A DNA stretch of 64,000 nucleotides from Chthoniobacteraceae bacterium (GTDB taxonomy: Bacteria > Verrucomicrobiota > Verrucomicrobiia > Chthoniobacterales > Chthoniobacteraceae), in NCBI GenBank assembly GCA_031409655.1, contig JANNXQ010000194.1, positions 15,192 to 79,191 on the forward strand, written 5' to 3'. Both the position numbers and the translations under genes were made by a program. The number at the start of each line of letters is the position of its first letter. Within the stretch, counting starts at the first letter, position 1. Shown here in pieces: positions 7,932-17,922 of the stretch. A model generated the notes under the pieces. That model saw only the letters and a program-made list of their open reading frames with translations, was not told the DNA's origin and ran no database searches.

Positions 7932-9425
7932 TTACTTCAGAGTAATATCGCGCATGACGGGCGGTCCGCGGAAGGTCTTCTTGATGCCGAGCTGCCACGA
8001 AATGGCGAGGAACATGGCGGTGATCACGGTGACGGGCAGCGCCTTTTCATTCGGGGGCTGGATGCCTGCATAGATGAGTGCCAGCACGCCGAGGATCGCG
8101 ATCACACCGATGGCTTTGTAAACGGTCCCGCCGAGGTCAAAGGGACCCATCTTGGTCCAGGTTTTTCCATAAGCAAAGATACCCACGACCGTAGGCATGA
8201 CATAGGATATGTAGAGCAGGATGACGCACGCCACGGTGAGCGTGGTATAGGCCGGCGCGTAGAGTGTGCAAGCGACTGCCGCCACGGAGCCAACCCAGAT
8301 CCCGGCAACGGGTACGCGAAACTTCGGAGAGACCGCTTTCATGAAGTCCGGCAGTCCACCATCACGGGCGAACGCGTAAATCATGCGCGACATCGAGGTC
8401 ACGCAGGCGAGTCCGCAGAGGTAGTTTGAGAGCACGATGCCGATCTTAAGCGGGCTGCGTAGCCAGCCGGGGATGACGGTGTCCATGAGCCAGAAAAAAA
8501 TGTTGCCACCCTGCTTCGCGCCTTCCGCCACGCTGGGTAGCGCGATGACGAAGCTGGCGACCATGACGAAACCAAAGATGCCGGACAGATAGACCGAGCG
8601 CAGGATGCCCTTGGGCACATTGGTCGCGGCATTCACCGTCTCCTCGGAAGTGTGCGCCGAGGCGTCGAATCCGGTGATCGTGTAGATCGGCCAAAGTAAC
8701 GCGAGCAGCAGCATGAAGCCGCCGTTTTCACTCGCCGGCCAGACTCCGCCGCCGGCATCGCCACTCAGATTTCCGAAGCTGAAGAGCCGCCCGAAGTCGT
8801 GCGACGGCGCGAAGATCAGCATGCACGCGGTCAGGGTGAGCGAGACGGCAAAAATGAGGTAACCACTGAAGTCGGTGAGCACGGTAGTCACGTGGATGCC
8901 GAGGTGATTGAACAACGCGTGGGTGCCGGTGATGATGGCCACGCCGGTGATCTGATGGGTGACCGTGAGCTTGGTCGGATCGCCGCCGAGCATGGGCAGG
9001 ATCAAATTGATGAACAGCGTATAGGCGCCCACGTTCACCGCCGCCGTGACAAAGATGAGGCCGAGCAAATTGAACCACGCCGTGGCCCAGCCCCAGCCCT
9101 TGCCGCCGAGGATCGACGACCAGTGATAAAGCCCGCCTGCCGTCGGATACGCGCTGGCCACCTGCGCCATCGCCGCCGCGACGAGCAGCGCAAAGACGAC
9201 ACCGATGGGCCAGGCCACGCCCGCCGCCGCCCCACCGATGGCGCTGGTGCCAAGCTGGAGCGAGGTGATGCCGCCAGCGAGGATGCAGATGATCGAGAAG
9301 GAGATGGCAAAGTTCGAGAAGCCACTCATTCGTCGTTTGAGTTCCTGGACGTAGCCAAGGCTTTCCAGCAATTTGACGTCGGCGGAGATGTCCACCTGGT
9401 CCGGATCGTTTGGTGTTTTGTTCAT
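7932..9425 (-). CDS. APC-family amino acid/polyamine permease
   Basis: About 12 hydrophobic segments; LGYVQELKR, FSNFAISFS, SAYPTAGGLYHW, GFDASAHTSEET, SRMIYAFARDGGLP. Confidence 0.92.
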   Translation of the reverse strand: MNKTPNDPDQVDISADVKLLESLGYVQELKRRMSGFSNFAISFSIICILAGGITSLQLGTSAIGGAAAGVAWPIGVVFALLVAAAMAQVASAYPTAGGLYHWSSILGGKGWGWATAWFNLLGLIFVTAAVNVGAYTLFINLILPMLGGDPTKLTVTHQITGVAIITGTHALFNHLGIHVTTVLTDFSGYLIFAVSLTLTACMLIFAPSHDFGRLFSFGNLSGDAGGGVWPASENGGFMLLLALLWPIYTITGFDASAHTSEETVNAATNVPKGILRSVYLSGIFGFVMVASFVIALPSVAEGAKQGGNIFFWLMDTVIPGWLRSPLKIGIVLSNYLCGLACVTSMSRMIYAFARDGGLPDFMKAVSPKFRVPVAGIWVGSVAAVACTLYAPAYTTLTVACVILLYISYVMPTVVGIFAYGKTWTKMGPFDLGGTVYKAIGVIAILGVLALIYAGIQPPNEKALPVTVITAMFLAISWQLGIKKTFRGPPVMRDITLK

Positions 9426-9571
9426 AAAGTGGTTGGACTGAATGACGCCGACCTATCCTGAGGAAACACTACTTCTGCGACACTACAGCGCCTTCACCCT
9501 TCTGGTCACTAGGAAATTGTCGGCGAATGTTTCCACGAGGGAATTCATTCGGCGACTGTCGCGGGGCGGAC

Positions 9572-11905
9572 CTAACGTCGCTCGACGCCGAAGTGCGCAA
9601 GCACGTTCCGCAGGAGCCCGGCCATCTGGGGATCGACGGCAAGGACCCAGCCCGAGGCGATGGTGCCGGCATTGAAGACACGGCCACCGTCCGGGCGCTC
9701 CCAGTAGATCATCTCGCCACCTTGGTCCGTCTTCGGCGCGATCTTGCGGAAGAAGTAATCAAAGGCGGAGCCTCCTTTCTTCCAAAAGACTTCACCATTC
9801 GCGAGTAACTGCAGGCCGCCGGGGTCGGCGGGCACCTTGCCGCCTTCCGGTGATGGCTGCTCTTGCAGGCGCGCAAAGGTCGAGGGCCGGATGTCGAACT
9901 CGTGCGCATTGGCGAGGCGGATGCCGTCGCCGCCGGTGCCGATCCGATCGCCTTTCTTGAGCCCGAGGTTCTCGGGTTTCCGGAAGAGAAAATGGTCCGG
10001 GTCTTCGACGACGTAAGGGCCGAACTGCTCGGCTGCACCGGGGCTGTTAAAGCCGAGGCAATCGAGCGCGATGAGGTTCACGCCGGGCCAGCCGCATTCG
10101 CGGAGCATACCCCCGCGCAAGCCATCGTGACTGTGCCAGGCTTCGCCGCGCCTGTTTTTTGGCACGCGGTTTCCGGCGGCGTCGGCTTTGCGGCATTCCA
10201 TGACCGTCCCGTCGTCGTTGAAGGACACGCGCCAGAAGACGGCATTGCCGCTGAGCACCACGAGGTTGCCGCCCTTGCGAAGATAGGTCTCGGTGCCGCG
10301 ATACAGCGGCAGGGACCAATACTCGTTGTGCCCCACGACCAGCAAAGTCTTATAACCCTCCAGCACCGCGGGACTGCGGTGCAGGTCGAGGTCGCTGATG
10401 ACGTCGTAATCGTAGCCCTGCTCTTCGAGCCAGATCTGGGTGAAGCGATCGGCGCGGGTGAGGTGACTGTATTTCGTGGGGCCGCCGTAGAGCACGTAAG
10501 GGCTGGCGGCTGGCCAGGGCATCCGCAGGCCGACTTGATAGGTGCCCTGCCCAGTGGCGTGGTCGCGGTAGAAGTTGTATGCCGGCAGGCCGCGCGCGTC
10601 TTTTTCGATTCCTCCCGTGCCCCACACTTCGTGGAGCTTCGCGGTCGGCAGGGCGAAGGGCGAACCGCTGTAGGCACGCCAGGTATTCGTGGCGCAGACG
10701 AGGAGGATCGGGGCCTTCTTCCGCCGCGGCGCACGGCGGACGATGAAAGTGCAGTGGGCAAGGCGGGGCTCGCCTTTCCAGGAAAACTCGAAGCGGGCGA
10801 CGAAAATTCCGGACCGCACTTCAGCGGGGACTGGCCAGCGATGGGTGACGCTCCAGCGGCAGTCGTAGAGATCATCCGCGGCCAGGCGCAGCCCGTGGCC
10901 GCGCCGCGCGTCCTGCTCCGGATCGTAGGTGCCGAAGCGCGGCACATCGGCGGCGAAGCTTGGGCCGCCGATCATCCACGTTGCGTGATTGATGATGCGT
11001 CCGTGGCGAGCATGCGCCGACCCATCGGCCACCCGATCGCCGCGCTCTTCGGCGAACGGCCAGCAGGCCAGCACGCTTTTATCCTTCGCGGGCTGGAGGC
11101 CTTGTTGGGAGAAGCGTTCGCGAATTTCCGCCTCACTCAATGCGCGGTTATAGATCACCGGCAGCGCGAGATCGCCGTCGAGAAAGTGCTTGGCGCTGCC
11201 CGTCTGCGACATCGCTCCGAGGCGCAGCGCGTGCGGTCCCGGGAGCAGCGGCCCGGCAAAATCCCACGCGCCCACTTCCTGCGCATCCACATAGACCCGC
11301 TTGCGTTTTCCATCCCACACGGCGGCGAGGTGGTGCCAGCGGTCACGCACCACCACGCCCGGCGGCGTGCGATGCACGAGCGCTTCGTCCGGCGAAACGG
11401 CATCGCCGAGGTAGAAACCGACGTAGCCCTCTTTGCCGATGCCCAGAGCGAGCCCTTCCGAGGAGTCCTTGTCCTCCTGACTGATGAGCCCTTGCAGATC
11501 GGTCACGTTCCAAGGTCGCACCCAGCACTCGAGGGTGATCGCTTGCAGGGCTCCGGTGAGACGTTTCTCAATGTGAACGTAGGAACCGGGGTGGATTGGC
11601 TGCGGATTGGCGGGCGATTCATCGAAGCGCGCAAGCACGGTGTCGCCGACCGGATCGTCCACTTGCACCCCCAATCGGCAGATGGAAAGGCGATACGGGA
11701 CGCTGCTGCTCACGCAAAGCTCGAGCGTCTCGCCGGCGGCCACGGAGTGTTCCAGCGGGTAGGCGTGGACCCCCGGAACGTCGAGCGCGCGGTGTGGTGG
11801 GATGTCCCGGACCTCCGTGTCCGGCGCGGCGCCCGACCGAAGTTTCAGCGCGGCCACGGTCGCCCCGGTGCGCTTGAGAAATTCGCGGCGAGTCGTGGCG
11901 GGCAT
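9572..11905 (-). CDS. Tat-exported LamG / N,N-dimethylformamidase beta-subunit-like protein
   Basis: TTRREFLK Tat motif; LamG-like (TLECWV, WHHLAAVWDG, IYNRALSEAEI); ATNTWRAY, WLEEQGYDYDVISDLDL, GHNEYWS, GGRVFNAG. Confidence 0.75.
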   Translation of the reverse strand: MPATTRREFLKRTGATVAALKLRSGAAPDTEVRDIPPHRALDVPGVHAYPLEHSVAAGETLELCVSSSVPYRLSICRLGVQVDDPVGDTVLARFDESPANPQPIHPGSYVHIEKRLTGALQAITLECWVRPWNVTDLQGLISQEDKDSSEGLALGIGKEGYVGFYLGDAVSPDEALVHRTPPGVVVRDRWHHLAAVWDGKRKRVYVDAQEVGAWDFAGPLLPGPHALRLGAMSQTGSAKHFLDGDLALPVIYNRALSEAEIRERFSQQGLQPAKDKSVLACWPFAEERGDRVADGSAHARHGRIINHATWMIGGPSFAADVPRFGTYDPEQDARRGHGLRLAADDLYDCRWSVTHRWPVPAEVRSGIFVARFEFSWKGEPRLAHCTFIVRRAPRRKKAPILLVCATNTWRAYSGSPFALPTAKLHEVWGTGGIEKDARGLPAYNFYRDHATGQGTYQVGLRMPWPAASPYVLYGGPTKYSHLTRADRFTQIWLEEQGYDYDVISDLDLHRSPAVLEGYKTLLVVGHNEYWSLPLYRGTETYLRKGGNLVVLSGNAVFWRVSFNDDGTVMECRKADAAGNRVPKNRRGEAWHSHDGLRGGMLRECGWPGVNLIALDCLGFNSPGAAEQFGPYVVEDPDHFLFRKPENLGLKKGDRIGTGGDGIRLANAHEFDIRPSTFARLQEQPSPEGGKVPADPGGLQLLANGEVFWKKGGSAFDYFFRKIAPKTDQGGEMIYWERPDGGRVFNAGTIASGWVLAVDPQMAGLLRNVLAHFGVERR

Positions 11906-11914
11906 GAGCTGCCT

Positions 11915-13357
11915 CTACTGCCGCTCTTTCAAAGTCGCGAGCATGGCCAGCAGCCGGGCCGTGATTTTCTCCGCGGCGCTGACCTCGAGGTAGCTGCTGC
12001 GGGCGCGCCACGTCTCGTAACCGCCGAGGGCGTGCTGTTCCGCCGTCGGGAGGTAGCCGTTGTAGCCATTGGCCAGCGAAATGGTGAAATGCTGGGCAAA
12101 AGGCGTGCGCGCTTTCAGATCGAGGCCGATCTCCACGAAGACTTCGCACGGGATGGAGGCGATGCTCAGGTCGCCGACGCGCTGCACCTGGAGCTTCACG
12201 GGCACGGTGTCGGGATAAGGTGCGAGGAGCATGGTCTCCCGGGCGTAGATGGCGTCGCGCGCCGCGTATTGGCCGTCTTTGTCTTTCGGAGTGTTGGCGA
12301 GGATTTCCTCGGCTCTCTTGAGATCCTCGGCGGTGGGTTTGCGTACGCGGAGTGGGACGTCTTCCTCGACGCAATCGAGCGTCGCGTCCTTTTTGAACTG
12401 AACCTGCTCGTAAGCTTTCCGCGCCGCATCCGCGACACTCGCGGCGACTTTTTTGATCTGCGTGCCGGGCTCCCGTTTGGCCGGTGCTGGGGCGCCGTAG
12501 TTCACGTTGTTGATATTGCCGCTGGTGCCATTGGACATGATGCCGACGAAAGGCGGCTTGCCTTGGTAACGGGCGTCGTCCGTGTGCAGGCGTTCGGTCA
12601 TCGCGTTCGCGAAAGCGGCGAAGTAATCCGCGGAGATCGGCGGCAATCCACCGACGTAGTGCAGGCTGTAATTCGCCAGCAGGCCAATCGGGCGGTGATC
12701 ACTGGCGGAGCGCGCGACGAGCAGAAAGACCTCGGGATCGACGGGCCCGGTCGGCGTCGTGACCTTGCGATTTTGGTAGCCGGGATTCATCTGCGCGCGA
12801 TCCGTCGTGACGCCAAAGGGATTCGGATAGCTCTCGCCCTCGAGCACGAACCACCGGCGATTGAAGACCTGCGTCGGTTCGCTGCCTTTGCCGCTACCGA
12901 CCTCGGCGGGTTCGAGATTTTCGTGCGCCTTGATCAAACCCTGCGCGATCCGCGCCGGCACTGACGCCACGTATTCCCGATCCGGATCACTTTGAAAAAC
13001 CCCCGCCAGCGTCGCCGTCGAATGCGAGTGAGTGGCGGAGATCAGGATCTGGGACGCGGGCACTCCGGTCGCCTTGGCGGCGAGCTGTTTCGCCTCCTCG
13101 CAGACTGCGCGCGGGATCATGCAGGCATCCACCACGCAGAAGATCAGCTCCCTCTTTCCATCGTGCAACGCGAGGCAGCGCGCGTGCATCGGGTCGGTGA
13201 TGCCCTGGGCAAAGTTCCCCTTGGTGCTGCCATTGATCGGGGTCGGGAATTTCGTCGGCGAGATGTCCTGAGCGTGCGCGCCGGCGCGGAATTCGGCGAC
13301 GGCAGGCAGCGCCGACACGAACAGGATGGTGAGTGCGAGGAGAGGGGGGATTTTCAT
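11915..13357 (-). CDS. Exported neutral/alkaline ceramidase-like hydrolase
   Basis: Signal peptide MKIPPLLAL; DPMHARCL, ISATHSHS, NYSLHY, ISADYF, NGTSGN, PCEVFVEIG, LANGYNGYLPT, GGYET. Confidence 0.75.
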   Translation of the reverse strand: MKIPPLLALTILFVSALPAVAEFRAGAHAQDISPTKFPTPINGSTKGNFAQGITDPMHARCLALHDGKRELIFCVVDACMIPRAVCEEAKQLAAKATGVPASQILISATHSHSTATLAGVFQSDPDREYVASVPARIAQGLIKAHENLEPAEVGSGKGSEPTQVFNRRWFVLEGESYPNPFGVTTDRAQMNPGYQNRKVTTPTGPVDPEVFLLVARSASDHRPIGLLANYSLHYVGGLPPISADYFAAFANAMTERLHTDDARYQGKPPFVGIMSNGTSGNINNVNYGAPAPAKREPGTQIKKVAASVADAARKAYEQVQFKKDATLDCVEEDVPLRVRKPTAEDLKRAEEILANTPKDKDGQYAARDAIYARETMLLAPYPDTVPVKLQVQRVGDLSIASIPCEVFVEIGLDLKARTPFAQHFTISLANGYNGYLPTAEQHALGGYETWRARSSYLEVSAAEKITARLLAMLATLKERQ

Positions 13358-13414
13358 CGGCGGGTGGTTGGGTGGAAGCACTCAGACTATCCCGCAAGTC
13401 TGGCGAATCTTGGT

Positions 13415-14353
13415 CTATCCCGGCATCGGCACGGTCGTCCGCAGCACCTCTGTCCCGGGCTCGAGCGCGCGCAGTTCGCGGCCTGCCGCCGTCGCGGGCA
13501 GGAGGAAAAAGGAGCCCCGTGCGAAATGCTGGCCGCCGCATTTCACGCTGCCGGCGACGACGGTGAAGATCGCGAAGCCACGGCCCGAGTCGATGCGCGG
13601 CTGGTCGAGCGTCCACTTTTCCACGCGGAAAAATGCGCACGCGATGAGGGTGTCGCCGTCTGGCTCGGCGAAGTGCGGTTCGGGATCGGCGAAGTCGATG
13701 GACTCGAGTGATTCCGCGACGTGCAGGGCGCGCGGCTGACCGTCGAGGCCGAGCCGATTCCAATCGAAGACGCGATAAGTGGTGTCACTGTTCTGCTGCA
13801 CTTCCACGATGAGATTGCCGGCGCCGATGGCGTGGATGCGGCCGCTCGGGATGAAGATCGCGTCGCCAGCTTTGGTGGGGAGCGTGTGGATGGTCTCGGC
13901 CACGCGCCCGTCGCGCAGCGCCTCTTCAAAAGTTTCCCGCGTCACGCCGCGTTTCAGTCCGGCGTAGAGGTCACTTTCGAGCAAGGCATCGAGCAGGTAC
14001 CACATCTCCGTCTTCGGCTCACCCCCGAGCCGCGCGGCCACGGCGGCCGGTGGATGCACCTGCACGGAGAGGCGGTCTTGCGCGTCGAGGATCTTGCAGA
14101 GCAGGGGAAAGCGCGGCGTCTCCGGCAAGCCCGGGCCGAAGACGGCGGCACGATGTTGCGTCCAGAGTTCGTGCAGAGTACAGCCCCGCAGCGGGCCCTC
14201 GTGGACGACACTTTGCGCATCTTCCCGATCGACCAGTTCCCAAGATTCGCCGATCCGCGTACCCACCGGGAGTTGGCGCCCGAGCAGGGACTCGAGGCGG
14301 CGCCCGCCCCAGATGCGTTCCATGTAGAGAGGCTCGAAGACGATGGGCGGCAT
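13415..14353 (-). CDS. manA: Mannose-6-phosphate isomerase, class I
   Basis: ERIWGG, IGESWE, FPLLCKILDAQDRLSVQVHP, KTEMWY, GRIHAIGAG, EVQQNSDTTYRVFDW. Confidence 0.92.
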   Translation of the reverse strand: MPPIVFEPLYMERIWGGRRLESLLGRQLPVGTRIGESWELVDREDAQSVVHEGPLRGCTLHELWTQHRAAVFGPGLPETPRFPLLCKILDAQDRLSVQVHPPAAVAARLGGEPKTEMWYLLDALLESDLYAGLKRGVTRETFEEALRDGRVAETIHTLPTKAGDAIFIPSGRIHAIGAGNLIVEVQQNSDTTYRVFDWNRLGLDGQPRALHVAESLESIDFADPEPHFAEPDGDTLIACAFFRVEKWTLDQPRIDSGRGFAIFTVVAGSVKCGGQHFARGSFFLLPATAAGRELRALEPGTEVLRTTVPMPG

Positions 14354-14435
14354 GGGCGATTTTGAGGGCGGGATTTTGAATGCGGGATGCGCAAGACGAA
14401 AGGAGTGCGCAATGTCGTCAGGCGGCGCGCAACTC

Positions 14436-15041
14436 TCAATCCCCAACTCGCCGCCAGTCCTCCTCCTTATCCACGTCGCGGAGCATCGGGAGAAGGTGGA
14501 CGCGCAAGCCGGCCTCCGCGGCGCGAGCGAGTGTTTGCGCAAAGACGGCTGCGGTGCTCCAGGCGATGTCTGCGAAGAGCGCCGGGTTCGGGGCGCGCAG
14601 CGCGATCAGGTAGTAGCCGCCGTCCACGGTCGGGCCGAGCGCCGTGTCGTGGCTCGCGAGTGCCTGCCAGGCTTCGGTGAAATGCGCAGCGCCGAGGGCC
14701 ACGCAATCGCTGCCGATCGCCGCGACGGCCTCGTACCCTTCCGAAAAAGCTGCGGCAAAAGCCCGCTCCAGTCGCACGCCCAGGTCGCCGGTGGCCTGGG
14801 GGACAAAGCGGAGGGTCCGCCCTTTGCCGGGAGCATGCAGCCACGCGGCGATCTCCGCGCCTTTCTCTGGCGGGTCAAACAGCACGATGACGTCCTCACC
14901 CGGCGGGATCTGCCGGAGCACCGTCTCCGCGAGCTGGCGGTAAATCTCCGCCGCACGCTCCGGCCCGAGCGTCGCCGCGAGCCGCGTCTTCACTTTGCCG
15001 GGCTCAGGGTATTTTGCGAAAAAAAGGACGCACCGGCGCAT
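14436..15041 (-). CDS. TIGR04282/DUF2064-family glycosyltransferase-like protein
   Basis: FAKYPEPGKVKTRLA, QATGDLGVRL, IGSDC, LGPTVDGGYYLI, IAWST, LRDVD. Confidence 0.85.
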   Translation of the reverse strand: MRRCVLFFAKYPEPGKVKTRLAATLGPERAAEIYRQLAETVLRQIPPGEDVIVLFDPPEKGAEIAAWLHAPGKGRTLRFVPQATGDLGVRLERAFAAAFSEGYEAVAAIGSDCVALGAAHFTEAWQALASHDTALGPTVDGGYYLIALRAPNPALFADIAWSTAAVFAQTLARAAEAGLRVHLLPMLRDVDKEEDWRRVGD

Positions 15042-15250
15042 CACGGCGCCTCCGGCAACGAAGCGACGAAGCGGGTGCCGCCCGCCAGTGCGAGCAGACA
15101 AATGATGACACGCAGCGTCGGAAAAGGGGTCACGGGGCGGAGAGTAGCCACCGTCGGGAGCGAGACAAGCCCGCGGCCTTTCCGGTGGGTGCAGCTTTCG
15201 CTTTCGCAGGTTGAAAGCCCTTTCAATCCCACTACTATCGCCGCTCCGAA

Positions 15251-17815
15251 ATGGCCCGCCTCAAAGCCAATCACTCCATCGAAGAAGTTCTCAGCCTCGC
15301 CCTCCTCGGCGCCGGCACCCTGCTCTTTCTCTCGCTCATCTCCTACACCCCAGCGGACGTGCCGAGCTGGTTTCCACTCAGTTCCGTGGCAGCGAGCCGC
15401 GGTCCGGCGCTGAATTTCATCGGGCGGCTCGGAGCCATCGTGGCCTGTTGCAGCTACGCTTTTTTGGGAGCGGCCTCCTTCCTCCTCGCGGCCCTGCTCC
15501 TTGGCTATGGCGGGGTCAAATTGATGCGGCCCGAGCTGCGGCTCACCAAGCGGCTGCCGTGGGCGCTCATTTTCCTCCTGGCGGGCGCCTGCCTCGCGCA
15601 TCTCACCCATTTCTCGCTGCTCGATCTCGTGCGGCTGAATATCGCCGGACCGGGCGGTTGGGTGGGAAAATGGATCGGCGATTTCGTCTTTCGGGCGCTG
15701 CTCGGCGTCGTCGGTTCGGTCATCGTGCTGCTGCTTTTGTATGTCTCCAGCCTCATCCTGATGACGGGCATCCACCCGCTGCGGGCGGCGCGGGAGCTGG
15801 CGGCCCTGCCGGCGACCTTCGCGGCGCGGCGCGGGGCAAAGCGGATCGCCGAGGAAAATGATCGGGAGCGCGCGGCGGCGGATGCCGTGCGGCAGGAGCG
15901 GGAGCGTCGGAGGCTCGAAAAACCGGCTGGAAAAAAGTCCGCGCCGGTGCCAGGCGAAGCCGAGGATCCGACGCTCGTCATCAAGGCGCCGCCGCGTGAA
16001 CCAGCGCCCCCGAGTGCGGCGGCTGCGGCCATTGCCGGGGATCTTTTCGGCGCCGAGGTGGAGGCACCGCGGCCGGTGCCGCAGATCATCGACAGCGCGG
16101 TGCTGCCGCCGCCGCGGAAGCGCGAGGTGAAAAAGGATAAATTTTCCCCGCTCACCTCGCTCTCCTGCGAAAACTACGAGCTGCCGTCGCTCTCCCTGCT
16201 CGATCCGATCGACGTCACGGATCGCACCGCTGCAGACCCCGGCGAGTTGCTCGCCATCCAGGATACGATCATCGACACGCTTGCGCAGTTCGGGATCTCC
16301 GTCTCGCGCGGCGACATCACTCGCGGGCCGACGATCACGCGCTACGAGGTCTATCCGGCGAATGGCGTGCGGGTGGACAAGATCGTGAGCCTGGAGCGCG
16401 ACATCGCTCGCTCCACGCGTGCGGAGCGGATCAACATCCTCGCGCCGATCCCCGGCAAGGACACCGTGGGCATCGAAATCGCGAATCTGAAGAAGCAGAA
16501 GGTGACCCTGCGCGAGTTGCTCGAGAGCGACGACTTTCAACACACCAAGGCGAAGATCCCCATCGCGCTCGGCAAGGACGTGTATGGCAAGACGATCATC
16601 GCCGACCTCGCCGCGATGCCGCACGGGCTCGTCGCCGGCACCACCGGCTCGGGCAAGAGCGTCTGCATCAATGCGATCATCGCCTCGATCCTCTACCGCT
16701 TCACGCCCGAGGATCTGCGTTTCATCATGATCGATCCGAAGGTCGTGGAAATGCAGATCTACAACACCCTGCCGCACCTCGTGGTGCCCGTGGTCACGGA
16801 TCCGAAGAAGGTGCTGCTCGCGCTGCGCTGGGCCATCGATGAGATGGAGAAACGCTACGAGATTTTCGCCAAGACCAACGTGCGCAACATCGGGAGCTTC
16901 AATGCCCGGCCGAAGCTCAAGAGCCAGGCCGAGATCGACGCGGAAGCCGACGCGAAGTCCGACGCCGAAGACGCCGCCGCACTGGCCAATGCGGCGGCGG
17001 CCCCTGCGCTCGAAGTCGTGGAGCCGCCCGCCGAGGAAGTGGTCCCGCCGGTGATCGACTTCGAAAACATCAGCGACCAGGACCTTTTCAAAGTGACGCC
17101 GCAGCGCGCCGCCCCGGTGGCCGTGCATCGCGACAGCGAAACGATCATCCCGGAGCGGATGCCCTACATCGTGATCATCGTGGACGAGCTCGCGGACCTC
17201 ATGCAGACCGCACCGGCGGATGTGGAAAGCGCCATCGCCCGCATCACTCAGAAAGCCCGCGCTGCCGGCATCCACATGATCATCGCCACGCAGACCCCGC
17301 GGGCCGACGTCATCACTGGTGTGATCAAGGCGAATGTGCCGTGCCGCATCGCTTTCCAGGTGGCTTCGGCGCTGGATTCGCGGGTCATCCTCGATGAAAA
17401 CGGCGCGGAACGTCTGCTCGGCCAGGGCGACACTTTGTACCGCCCCCCTGGCACCTCGCGGCTCATCCGCGCGCAGGGCGTGCTGGTCACAGATGAAGAG
17501 ATCAAGCTCGTCGTTGACCACGCGTCGAAGCAGAGCGAGCCGAACTTTGAAGCCGCCATCCACGACCGACTGAAGGGCGGGGGAGCCGAGGAGGAGGACG
17601 TGAGCGACGAGGACGAGGAACTCGTGGAGCAGTGCATCGAAGTGATGCGCCAGGAAAAGAAGGCGAGCACCTCGCTTTTCCAGCGCCGGCTGCGGCTCGG
17701 CTACACGCGGGCGGCGCGGATACTGGACATCCTGGAGGCGCGCGGCTACGTAGGAGCGGGCGAAGGGGCGAAACCGCGGGAAATCCTCGTCGATCTCGAC
17801 GCCTTCACTCCGTAA
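15251..17815 (+). CDS. ftsK: DNA translocase FtsK
   Basis: N-terminal TM segments; GPTITRYE, APIPGKDTVGIE, AGTTGSGKS, IDPKVVE, IIVDELADLM, ATQTPR, gamma domain ASTSLFQRRLRLGYTRAARI. Confidence 0.97.
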   Translation: MARLKANHSIEEVLSLALLGAGTLLFLSLISYTPADVPSWFPLSSVAASRGPALNFIGRLGAIVACCSYAFLGAASFLLAALLLGYGGVKLMRPELRLTKRLPWALIFLLAGACLAHLTHFSLLDLVRLNIAGPGGWVGKWIGDFVFRALLGVVGSVIVLLLLYVSSLILMTGIHPLRAARELAALPATFAARRGAKRIAEENDRERAAADAVRQERERRRLEKPAGKKSAPVPGEAEDPTLVIKAPPREPAPPSAAAAAIAGDLFGAEVEAPRPVPQIIDSAVLPPPRKREVKKDKFSPLTSLSCENYELPSLSLLDPIDVTDRTAADPGELLAIQDTIIDTLAQFGISVSRGDITRGPTITRYEVYPANGVRVDKIVSLERDIARSTRAERINILAPIPGKDTVGIEIANLKKQKVTLRELLESDDFQHTKAKIPIALGKDVYGKTIIADLAAMPHGLVAGTTGSGKSVCINAIIASILYRFTPEDLRFIMIDPKVVEMQIYNTLPHLVVPVVTDPKKVLLALRWAIDEMEKRYEIFAKTNVRNIGSFNARPKLKSQAEIDAEADAKSDAEDAAALANAAAAPALEVVEPPAEEVVPPVIDFENISDQDLFKVTPQRAAPVAVHRDSETIIPERMPYIVIIVDELADLMQTAPADVESAIARITQKARAAGIHMIIATQTPRADVITGVIKANVPCRIAFQVASALDSRVILDENGAERLLGQGDTLYRPPGTSRLIRAQGVLVTDEEIKLVVDHASKQSEPNFEAAIHDRLKGGGAEEEDVSDEDEELVEQCIEVMRQEKKASTSLFQRRLRLGYTRAARILDILEARGYVGAGEGAKPREILVDLDAFTP

Positions 17816-17817
17816 AA

Positions 17818-17838
17818 GGCCGCCCGCTTTGGGCGGCC
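17818..17838. terminator. GC-rich hairpin after ftsK
   Basis: GGCCGCCC-gcttt-GGGCGGCC directly after the stop; no + strand U-tract. Confidence 0.4.
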
Positions 17839-17922
17839 CGAACGCTGCTTATCTTCCCTCGCGCTTTAGTCATCCTTGGAATCCCCCAGGCTGGGATGGC
17901 CGGAGCGTGACCCTTGAACACA

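Noticed and set aside
9863..12964. 1033-aa + strand ORF (also 15041-17563 -, 46647-48656 -, 58023-59813 +)
   Set aside because: Stop-poor antisense frames of well-supported genes in GC-rich DNA; no motifs of their own
16900..17160. Ala/Glu/Pro-rich insertion inside the FtsK motor domain (possible intein)
   Set aside because: No Cys/Ser start or His-Asn end; low-complexity loop at a position that varies in length among FtsK proteins
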